From NCBI GenBank assembly GCA_050084985.1, contig JBITNC010000001.1, positions 67,704,001 through 67,768,000 of the forward strand: DNA of 64,000 bases. Direction: 5' to 3'. The first letter of the stretch is position 1. Each line of letters starts with the position of its first letter. Made by a program: the position numbers and the translations under genes. Positions 13,414 through 24,971 of the stretch are shown here, in pieces. Under the pieces are notes generated by a model. It did not search any database. It saw only the letters and a list, made by a program, of their open reading frames with translations, and had not been told where the DNA came from. Source of the DNA: Nageia nagi (Eukaryota; Plantae; Pinophyta).

Positions 13414-15448
13414 TTTCTACAAAAGAAGGTTAACATGTTAACCAATGTAAGCATCTTAAATTAATCATACATGTTAATTATACATGTTGAATTAATCACA
13501 TGTAGATGTTAAATTTTAACAAAAGATAATCAAGGCATGCTTAAATTGTTAACCAATCTCACATGTGCAAAAGGTTACAATCCCCTCAAATCATATATCT
13601 CATACATCCAACATTTTATCATAACCAAGTAATATAATCATAGAGAGGGTAAATTTGAGGCTTATTTTCTTATTTGAAATTAGGCCTTCACCTGGATGTC
13701 TGCAAGGTGGAGCTCAGGTCCTACCAATCTTCAACCAATTTTCTTTGATCAATAATATAATTTTAGAAGGAAGAGTATTAGTTATTTTCCAAGGTTATGA
13801 CATATGTTGGATTGACCAAATTATTATCTTGATTAAGTTTTTACTTGTTCTCCTAGGTTATTTGGATAATCTTTCAATGGATGGAAAGATATGTGGTATC
13901 ATTACCACATACCTATCCACCTATATGGAGTTATGTTCATACCAACAGATGACTTAGGAGAAATTAAAAAGTATGAACTTTTCACCACTTGGATCGATGG
14001 ACTAAAAGGCTCCATTCTACTTTGTCCTCACCTCATGGCTCCCCAAACAAGTTATGTTATGGAATAAATTATGCATGTGTTTATTTTAAGGGAAGCACTT
14101 TCAATATTTGTAATTTTTACAAAAATATAAAGTAAAAATGTATAAAATAAAATGCTTGAAATATCATCCAAACTTGAAACTTAGAAATACATCATCCAAT
14201 ATGATATCTAAGAGAGAAAACTAAGAGCGTCCAATGGGTTTAAAATTGCTTAAAAAATTTCTCCTTAAAAATATTTACACCCTTAATTAATAACTCTTAA
14301 AAAAATTTAAAGTTCTATATTCAAATAAATTTCCTCCTCTTTTTTTTTGAAAAAAAAAATATAAACCTTTAAATATCTCCTCCAAAATAAAAGGCTTTTT
14401 TCTTTAAAATTATATTCCCATTTTTTTAAAAAATAATATAAATTAAAAAATAAACTTCAAAAACATGTATCTCAATTGAATAATATTTTCTCATAAAAAT
14501 TTGTAAGTGTGCAATTAATGCACTATAGAAAAAAAACCACCTTTAATTATCATTAATCATATCTCACATCAAGCGACATAAATACTTTCATTAAAGAGTA
14601 CTAGAAAACAATTCTGAACCATTAAATACTTCATAGAGTCCATATACCAAAAACTTCCTATAAAAAAATACATGAAAATGCCTAAACGAAAAATAGAGAA
14701 GGGGTCGTATTGCAATGGAGAGGAGGCAGGCGGTTGAGTTAGGGGTCTGCATGGCCACAAGCTGACTTGATTCTTTTTAAAAAAAATTGTTTGATTAATA
14801 AAAAAACTTTTGTATTTAAAAAAAAAAAAAAAACTTTTATTCTTTAAAATTTTCTTAACTACTTTTGATGAAGGTCCATATTCCTTTTTTTACAGTATTT
14901 TTTATATAAAACAAAAATATACCATAACAAAAAAATGTTTATATATTTTTTTTCATATACACAATATACAAAAAAATATTCATTTTTTTTATTTTTGTAT
15001 AGAAATGAATTTAAAAAATATATATTGCAATAATATCTTTTTTTAATAGGGTTGTAAAACAAAAAAATTTGCAAGTCATTTTAACATTTCTACACTAAAT
15101 ATTAGTGTAAAAAAATGTAAAATTTTAATATTTCAAAAACAAATTGCAAACTATAACAAGATTCATGAACAATATTAAAACACATTATTGCTATATTTTA
15201 AGTAAACTTACTCAAAAAATTTGCAACTAATAGGATAATGTTACTAAAAAAATTGCATAGCAATAACATGTAAGCAAATTTTTCAAAAAAAAATTGCACT
15301 AACACATAGTAAAAATATGTTAGTATAAAAAAATAATCCTACATCAATAAATGAGAGATGTTATACCTTAAAATGAATTTTACCTCACTAATGAGTAGGG
15401 AGAAGTAGGAATGACATCCAAAATGTTGAAGATGAACCTTCAAAGATG

Positions 15449-15460
15449 GCTCTAATACCA
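15449..15460 (-). other. Primer-binding site, initiator tRNA-Met type
   Basis: Minus strand TGGTATTAGAGC (one mismatch to TGGTATCAGAGC), 2 nt from the LTR. Confidence 0.85.
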
Positions 15461-15462
15461 CA

Positions 15463-16018
15463 TGAGATAAATTAATTCTAAATGACTATATTCCTCTTTC
15501 TACCAAGATTTAAGAAAGCTCTCACAACATCAACATAATATCAGAACACAATAGTCAATATCACAAACTTAATACCAATATAAATGGTTCCTCCAACCAT
15601 GGGAGTACATCTACTAATCTAATATGTGTATTCTCAAGATGCACTCTCTTACAACAACTCTTCCTACTTCTCCTAACAATTCTAAAGCATAGCAATACTA
15701 CAAACTTGAGTGAGTAATCTCAATGAGAGAATCCTCTATTTATAGTCTAAAATCCTCTCTTGGATCACTCTTTTAACCATTGTAAAAAGTCATAACATGC
15801 AACACCCTTTTAGCCAAAGGACATGTCCATGCGATGGAGTGTAGGACAAGTTACATTATTTTATTTATAAATACTTAAAAGGTATCTAGGGATACTTTTA
15901 AGTATTAGTAAATTTATATTACCTTATTCACTAAATACTTAAGGTATCTAAAGTACCATTAAGTATTAAGTGAATTTATATCAAGATACCTTACAATAAT
16001 TCATTATATATTCTTACA
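15463..16018 (-). repeat. 5' LTR of the old Copia (556 bp)
   Basis: TG...CA termini (tgagat...cttaca), adjacent PBS, homology to 1-399. Confidence 0.88.
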
Positions 16019-18123
16019 TTTACACATTCTAGATGGATGTCCACATCGAGTGTTTAGAGTTGTATAATTCCTTCTTCCTTTATGGTCTCTATTATGTAGG
16101 GTCCTAACCATCTCATTCTTAATTATTAGGTTTATATTTGTAACTACTATCATATAGAAATACTTGGTCAATAATTTGGAATTGCTTTTATTTGTTTTGA
16201 TGACCTTACCAAGCCTTCTAGTATTTTTTTTCTTGTATCTAATTACACGTCCATTCTATGATTTTAATATAATTTATATAATTCAAAAATACTTTCTTCT
16301 AGTGATTCATGATAATTCAAACGAGTTTATATGGTGATTCTTAGTGAAAGTACTTAGAATTCCATTGAAAGGATAACTTCCATATCGATCTCCCATCGAT
16401 ATTAGTCCAACAAAATTGATCTCCCATTTCTCAAAAGGGAGTGAAGGTAGTACTTGTTGTAAGAGTAGTTCATCTCTATAAGAGGGTCATCCAATTCATT
16501 GGTATACATCATAACTTCTAGAAAATTGTAGAGCATCCTGATGTAAAGAAGGCCACCAGAGTTGGGATTGTAATACCTTATTACTGGTATATTTTCCATT
16601 AAAGTAACTTCCAACAACTCTCTCATGTACCTCTATCAAAATATCTTCTTATTCATGTGGAAGAATAAATCTTCTGATCACTTCCTTCATTCCTATTTTG
16701 TATAGTTTTCTAGCAATTATGGTATATAGCATATAATAGATTATTAGTTATTATCTTTGTTTAGCTAATAGATCTTCTGGAAATTATCCCGATGTTAAGA
16801 AAATTACAATATTCTAATTCATCTATTGCAATGATATTCAATGATACTCCCTTAGAAATTATCAGTTTCTTGGTTATCATTAGTATTGTTGATAAGGTAT
16901 TTACCTTATATGGAGGAGGATTTGATCCTCTTGATGCATCTAATGCAATTTGCTTTTGTTTTTCTAGCTTGTCACTTAGTAGTTTGGGGTAATCTTCATA
17001 ACTATGATAATTTTATTATTTAAAATAATGACATCTGATGAATGGCCTAGGTTGTCTATAGTCATATTATCTAGGCACCGCTCAAGGGTCCCCTTCCTTG
17101 GTTATTGTATCCACTGGGTATCCTTCTCGATCTCTTTTGCCATCATTATTTGTATACTAGTTTTCATTTTATTCGTTATACGATCATTGATGTGGGATAG
17201 TAGTTTGTGTCATTACAACCATAGGGACATATGTTATGCCATCATTGTTAATAAAAGGTTATGCTTATTGGGTTTATTTATAGATCACATAAGCCTAAGG
17301 CCTATTTCGAACATTGTATTCTATATAATCTAAAAATATGTTTCTTCAACAATGTTCAATCCATTGATTAATTGACCCTTAAGTGTGGTAGCTCAATCTA
17401 AGGTGATTAGTCATCCCTCATTATCTTAAGCCTTCTGTCAGATATTATGAGGTGGTTTGGTTACCCATTATTTTGACAATGGCCATAATAGTCCCATACA
17501 AGTTTTTTGTAAGAAGGAAATTTATTGATGACATATCTTTCTTTACAACATATCTACAATCAAATCTCTTTTTGGGTATGGGTAGAGGTTGAATGTAACT
17601 TAATTTTCTCTAGATAATGGGCTAACCGATTTATTTATTTTTTTAATGTCATCACTGCTTTTTGGTAGGCCTTCTAGTCGCTAGAGTTGAGATTCATTTT
17701 TTATGACAACTTATACTTCTTCAATATATGTGGTGTATCTTTTCTCCATAGCTTGTCTAATCATTGGTCTTAATCTTGAGATAAAGCATTCTATCTTTTA
17801 GGATTCTACTAAAGTTTCAAAGTTTTGTTGTTTGCTTATTTGTTTGTCATAGTCATTTATGGATTCCTCAGGTTCTTGTACCAATTCCCTCATTTTACTA
17901 ATGATTTCCAATCTTGATTATGGAAAGTGGTATTCTTCCTTAAAAGCAACTTTAATTTTGTCCCAAGTTTGAGTACCATTGTTGAATGCTTTTTATTGAA
18001 ATTTTAATACCCAATCAAGAACATCATTCCTTATCATGGATTTAAAATAAATGATTTTATCATCATTTTTCATATCATTCTTCCTCTTCCAAGCATTCTC
18101 TAGTATGTATATGTATTCATTAG

Positions 18124-18705
18124 TGTTGTGTGTGGAGCATGATTGTTCAGAGTTCTTTATTTCAACTGGATGTATACCCTAGGAAGTTTGTACACCCCTC
18201 CATGTGGGGGGGTTGCAGGGGGGACTGGTCCCCCCTGCAGGGGTCCGGGGGGGAACGTCCCCCCCGGTTGGGGGGTTCGAGGGCTAGCGCTCCCCTGATG
18301 GGGGTTCAGGGGCAACGCCCTCGAAGCTAAAAATAGACATCAATCTGGGTCGTTCATTAGGTGAATGATCTGATGGTAGAACTTATGTTTAGTTTAGGGT
18401 TTTTTGCCCTAGATAAAAACCCCTCTCTTTGTATGAGTGCATTGTAGTAGATGTGCATTGGTGAGCAAAAATAGAGACATGATACTATGAGAGAAAATAG
18501 AGGATATTACAGCAGATTTGCTATAGGTTGTATTTCTTCACTTTGCTGGATAATAGAAAGGAAGGACTGGCTATTTGGTGTGGACATAGCCCAAACTGGG
18601 TGAACCATGTATATCTATGTCTCTCTTATTTATACATTTTCTATGTTTATATTTTCTGCAATATTTTATGCATTCCATTGCTTCAGAATATATAATTTTC
18701 TAATA
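18124..18705 (+). mobile_element. Solo LTR (582 bp) with ATTAG target-site duplication
   Basis: ATTAG at 18119-18123 and 18706-18710; TG start, decayed CA end; LTR-typical tggacatagcccaaactgggtgaaccatgt motif; empty site in the paralog at ~49340. Confidence 0.88.
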
Positions 18706-19899
18706 ATTAGTGTCCTAAGTATCCTTTTAAAAATAATTAACTTGGTATTGGATGTAAAGTTATTTCTTCCTACCATGTTGTTTTGATTTTAGGTTTGATT
18801 ATTGTTGGATTGGTATCTTCATCATTAATGTCTATTTTTGGTTTATGGTCTATCTCATTCTACTTCTATATCAAAGTAATTCTCTCCTAACTTTGAAAAT
18901 ATATTTGAACATTGGTTCTCTAACTTCCCTTTCTATACTAGCTAAAGCATTGGGCTTCATTTTTCTCCCCTTTGTTGATGAAGCTACTAGGTAATCAGTA
19001 TGCATGAGGGGTGAGGAGGATCAAAATTAAATGAGCTTTCAAAAGGGTATTTTCATTGTGTCATTAAGGTCATATCTCCAATGGTACTCAGTATCTATCT
19101 TCTGGGTTCTATGGGTGGCACCTATTTTTTCTCTTGATTTCCTTAGAGTATCTATTAGTTTAGGTTATTTGCTTTGTTCAATTCTTTGAATAACCCATTC
19201 CATTTATGGTTTAACTGGTATATTTTGCCCTTATGTCAAGAGGCTAGGGGTAGGTCGAGGATTCTCTAGTTCACTACTATATATTGTTCCTATTCTTACT
19301 TCTATTTCTATTCCTATAGGGGATTCTAAATTTGTTTATTGTATCAATTCATTTTTTTGGTTTCTCCTAAATACATTGTAATATTTCAGGTAGCAATTCT
19401 TGTTAAATCTAAAAATACTTCCTTTAGTTTTTTAAGAAAACTATTTTTTGGAGAACATGTAGAAGGGGTCTAAAGGTGGTCTTATGATTTGTTATTTCTC
19501 TCTACTCCTACTAATACCTTTCCCTCTCTTCCTATCCATATTCTTGGTGATTATTGACCTTATATCATTCTACTTGTATACTATTCCTTAGCTATGTCTT
19601 CATTGTTCAAGGGTATTTCATAGAACTAACTATCATCTAAATCACTAATCATAATCAAGTTCTCTAGAATTTCTAGTTAGATAGTAGGTGAACTTTGAAA
19701 AGGTCTGAATAAATATTCAATTCTTTTCTCTATATTTCTCCTAAATTATTAACTTCCTTAGTTAGTTACTTTTATTATCTTATTTTTCTATATCAAGACT
19801 GTATTAGGTATCTTACTTTCCTCTTCTATTTCTAAAGTCTCTTGGGTTATCAAGGGTTTGGTTTTTCTTTTGTCTTCATTTTTAATTGCTTCTCCCTTC

Positions 19900-19904
<5 letters not shown>

Positions 19905-19943
<39 letters not shown>
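19905..19943 (+). repeat. (CT)n microsatellite
   Basis: Directly visible. Confidence 0.97.
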
Positions 19944-19947
<4 letters not shown>

Positions 19948-20146
19948 ACAAAGTATATTGTGGCATTGAATCTATTAATTTATTTGTCTTATATATCTAT
20001 TTCTCTCTTCTTCTTCATATTTTATATTCTCCTTATCCTTTTTCATATACCTATAATTCTTACAACTATTCCTAGTGCACCTCTTAAACTCCCCTCTCTT
20101 TCAGAAGGCACTCTTTACATATATTTGATGCACTTTGTAACCAAAT

Positions 20147-23100
20147 TGTGCAACCAATGTAAAATAAATCTTGATGGTCTTCATATTGGATGTTGGAGCA
20201 AATGTTTCATCATAATATATGCCTTCCTCTTAGGCATATCTCTTTGCAACAAGTTGGGCCTTATGTTTGTTGAGTGTTCCATCAACTTTGTACTTTATCT
20301 TGAACACCCATTTACACCCAATAACCTTATTCCTTGGTGGAATATCTAGTAACTTTCATGTGTTATTTATCATCAAGAAATAATACTCAACCTTCATGAC
20401 TAATTTCCAATGGGGTAAATCAAGGACCTTATGAACTATCTCAGGTTCAATACTATTCACCACCATGCTCATTAATGCTAGATTCAGTTCCTCTTGAGTC
20501 ATGTTATGTTTCCTTAGTCTAGAAGTATAAGTGTTTGATAAAACATTCAAATGTAAATCTTGTATTATCTTCTTATACTAATTTGATCAACTGGAGTGAT
20601 TAGGTGGTAAACACATAATAGGATCTACTCCTCTCTTAATATATTCATCACCATGAGTGATGATAGAATCACTATCAAGGATAGGTGGTGCTACAGATGG
20701 ACTGGGTGGAGAATCACTAGTTTAATCAAAGATAACATCTTCTCTCATATATATCTTTTGAGTAGTAGGATCCATGAGCTTATATCCTTTAGATTCGTTG
20801 CTATACCTAAAAAGAATGTACCTCGAGGACTCATTTTCCAACTTCGTCTATTGCTCTTTGGAAATGTGTATGTATGTAGTGCAACCATATACTCAAAGAT
20901 GAGAGATAGATGGTTTCACTCTTAACCATGTTTCTATAGGATTTATCTCCTCAAATATTTATTAGGTGCTCTATTCAACATATTTATTACAATTCTTACA
21001 ACTTTGACCTAAAAATAAGGATGCAACCTTGCATTGTTGAACATGCTCCTCACCATGTCAACATTGGCATGATTATATCATTTAGCAACTCCATTTTGTT
21101 ATGGTGTGTATGATGTGGTCAATTATTTTCAAATCCCATTATCTTTATATAATGCAAAAAACTCATTGGATGTGCACTCTCCCCCTCAATATGTGTGGAG
21201 TACATGGATTTGATGGCTTATGGCATTCTCTACATGAGCCTTAAACTCCTTGAAGTACTCAAAGGTATTTGAATTTGATTTCAAGAAATACACCTACATA
21301 TTTTGAGAGTAATAATCAACAAACAATAGGAAAAAAGGTACCACAATGGGTGCTATCCACCAAAGGTACCCTATGTTATTTTTCTATGATGTAAAAAAGG
21401 GAAGACCATGGACCATCTTCTTCCGCTATAAGGTAATCAAGTAGTATAAATTCATGTTTCCATATATGTGATGCTAAATAGTGGTTTCATATGAAATATT
21501 AAAAATGAGTTCCTAATTTTTGGAAGCTACAACATCAAGCAAAAACATCTTCCCAACTCCTATTATTTGAGCCACTATCCAAGAAGCTTTGGATTTGTTT
21601 TGAATAAGATAATGTTTCTTCCCATTCAAAGTATCAAACTCCACTATGAGGTTTTGGTATGATATTTGATGATACAAAATGGATCATGTAATTTAAAACC
21701 AAATATCATATGAGTGATTATTTTATGAATTATAATAGTTGGTTTGTGTTTGGAGCATTTTCAATTGGCCTTGTAGAGTAATTATGGCTAGAACCTATCA
21801 AAATAGATCAATCATCTTTGGGGAAGGTATAAATTTTGTGGAGGAATCTAATTGAGGTGATTATTTTTGCATTAGATATAATTTTAAGATACCTTTACAA
21901 TAAGTATATGAATTGCTACCTTTGTGGAAATTTTGGTCATCTATTTATGTTTTAGCTCGAACTATCCTTATGCTAAAGTTTTTACCTCCCAATGATAATG
22001 CTAAGGATACTAAGGAATTGGATGTAAAATTTTGTATTTGGTTGGTTTGGAATTAGAGTATGTTAATTTTATTTTAAAGGACCAAGTAATACTTAAAAAA
22101 ATCAATACTAATGTTGGATAAGACTCGAACATTAACTTGACTACCCAATCATTACCCAGCTACTACCCGACCTATTAACATCAATGCTACTAGCAACATC
22201 AATGCTTAGCTTCATGCATAATCAATTGATGATATTGTTAGGGATCATATTTTTTAGTATCATATGCATTCAAGGGAATTCTAAAGGTGTTTTGACATGA
22301 ATAAGGCTATGAACTAATCTTATGATAGTCCATTACCAATAGAGAATGCATGATGTTTCAATTACCCAACCATGTTAGCCAACATTAATCCTAGCAAAAA
22401 AAACAAATTTGAAGTATTTATTATTCATTTAGAGGTGTTTGTGAATTTGAGGAGTCATTTTATTATGAGGATATAAGCAAACTTCATTAAAAAACACCCT
22501 TGGGGGTCATTTGGGAAAGGATCTTGGAGAGAGAGGAAGAAGAGGTAGGCTTTTATTGTAGGCATATTGCTACTATTATTGGAGTAGATCTTTTCCATAG
22601 TTGATAAGGATTTACAACCATAAAGACTATTTTTATTACCATAATGATTAAAAAGTAGACCAAGGTAGAACATAGTTTCAGAAGAACTTTTCTTTTCATT
22701 TTACAAACTTTCCTAGGAAGATTTATGTTGTTTCCAAGAGATTACAAGTACCATTGGTAAACTGAGAGGTTGTTGGTGGAAGGTTGGCATGTTGATGGAG
22801 TAGGAAGAATTCATGTGGGCACATATATACACTATTATGTTTGATGCTAGATGGTGGATATTGTTGCCATGTTGGTGATTATCATTATACTATTATGATT
22901 GTTTCTAGGTGGTGGACACCTTTGCTATTGCTAGTGTTGGTTGGAGGAAAAAATATAGTAGACCAAAACCTTTTAGGAAGGTTAGATTCTAGAAGTGGAG
23001 ACCATAATCAAAGGTCTTTATTCTTAAAGTCTAGTATATTCCTTTTATTGCACCTAGTTAATCATTTCCATGTTAGGAGAGAATGTTGTGAATGAGAGAC

Positions 23101-24355
23101 ATGATATATGTTTTAGATTCATGGTTTTGGTGGCATATGTGAGATAATTTCATATATTATTTTGTTCATTATTCAAATAATAGGATAGTGAATATTATGT
23201 TGAGATATATCACTTTGTGTGAGTGTGGTAATCATATCAAGAGAATGATATGTGTGGTATACTTAGGATTATGTTATCTTTACAAATGCAAAATTAATAT
23301 AATTGGTTGATGTTGTAACTGTTCTATCATTCTATGGATCTTTCTTGAAATCTTTTTTATAGAGGAAGCCATGAGGGATTGTTAGTAATTTTGAGAAGGA
23401 ATTTTGTAGACAATGCAAGGGAATGAAATAATTGTTGGAGGCAATTTAGTTATCTATATTATTCTTATCATTATAATGCTATATTGTCCCCAAAAATATT
23501 AATCAAGATCAAATATACTGAACTATCCCACATTAGATGAACTATGGTAACTTTTTGTGTCTGCATTTTATGTATACATTTATTTTACTGGTTTTGTCCA
23601 ATATTGAGAATCAATGATATTATCACATGTAGAGACATAGATATTATTGTATGAGTTATATTATATAGTAAATAAGTAAGAGTATAGAATTTTATGAGTC
23701 AATATGCTTGCAAATTATAGCGCTAATGTTGGGGTAGGAGTAATTATGGCTATGAGATTTGAATTCATGTTATAGAATAAAATGCAAGTTTTACGAAGTT
23801 TGTATTTGATGATCTCTATAATAGCATTGCTTACAAAGATTTATAGATCATTTTACCAACAAAAAAGAGATTCTTTTTAAGTCTTGGTACATACAAGACT
23901 TCTTTAATATCATAGTTATGCTTCCCAAGATGGATTTTTACATCTCCTTTTCCCTCAATGGCATAGGGTGTGTCATCTCCCAATTGTACTTAACTAAGGT
24001 AGGATTTCTCATCCAAAGAAATAAACCAATTCTTTTAGCCAGCCATGTGATTGGTAGCACCAAAATCCATATACCAAATGGTGGTTATTCATGGTTCCTC
24101 TTGTTGGAAAAGAGCAAAATCTTTTATCTCTTCTTCTTCAATATTAGCAATATTTCCTTGGTATCCTTGTGGTCTTAAATTTCTCCATTCTCCTTTGTTC
24201 TTAGGAGGAGGTCATTTAATTTTTTCATTATTATCACTCAAAGAGGCTTGAGTGAAAGAATTAACCAATAATCTTGCAATTCATGTGACCCTTCTTTCTG
24301 GAAATCAAGAAAATCTTTTTTGAATGTGTTGATATCTTGTGACTTCCCTTTTCCC
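20147..24355 (-). mobile_element. Truncated degenerate Copia pol remnant, copy A, split by an insertion at ~21660-23850
   Basis: RT N-terminus (DGTLNKHKAQLVAK...YDETFAP, ~20160-20330), decayed integrase (~20900-21350) and protease region (VLYVPRLKKNL, ~23870-23900). Confidence 0.8.
21660..23850 (-). mobile_element. Unclassified dispersed repeat with decayed coding-like sequence, inserted in the Copia remnant
   Basis: Interrupts Copia between ...KNLFFVGKMI and QNLIVEFD; shares sequence with ~35460-36560, 51275-52760 and 57660-57830. Confidence 0.6.
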
Positions 24356-24971
24356 TTTTGTTACAATAATTTTTATCTTAGTTTGAACCCTTGGTACTTT
24401 TTCATCTGTACATAGTATATCACATAAGAATTTCATGTAGTATTTTGTTTTATAAAAAGTGTTTCATGTGTTTGAAAAACTTTAAGTGGGTGGAATACCA
24501 AAGATTAAGTTTGTATGTATTAAAATATTTTATTTACTTTTGTCTCATCCAAGAATTTGAAGATCAAATATTAGTAGTTAGCATTTTGGATAACTTTTAT
24601 GATTGGCATTATTCATGTGACTCACCTCTTTATTTTGTTGAAATCGAGGAATGGATGTTCTAGCATTAAAATAATAATTAATTGAATATGTTGTCTACTA
24701 ATACATCAAAATATTATTAAGCGAGTCTCTACAAGATATCAATTTAAATGAACTTTTATAATTTTATGATCTGAAATAATAGGTTTTGGCCATCCAACTA
24801 AAAAATTATTTGAAAACATCTCTGACAACACTCTTGAATATTTTGCAAATGCCTTTGAACTAATAAATATGATGACATAGCATACATAGAAATGGTACAA
24901 TGTTCAAAGAAGCACTTGCATTTACAAAATATACTACATAATAAATAATTTTACTTGTTCAAATAAATACA

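Larger units (their letters stand above)
16019..20146 (-). mobile_element. Internally deleted Ty3/Gypsy remnant (integrase pieces and gag), copy A
   Basis: Homologous to the fuller Gypsy copy at 38390-50080; lacks ~3.3 kb (RNaseH-RT-protease) at ~16830 and ~0.44 kb of integrase at ~16400. Confidence 0.82.

Noticed and set aside
19842-20349. 163-aa hydrophobic plus-strand ORF
   Set aside because: Spans a (CT)n tract and the antisense of Gypsy leader and Copia RT remnants; no independent coding evidence.
21663-23813. 11-bp direct repeat tatttgatgat as TSD of a LINE
   Set aside because: Does not coincide with the break in the Copia reading frame, not clearly present in copy B, and no poly(A), RT or zf-RVT motif was found; element left unclassified.
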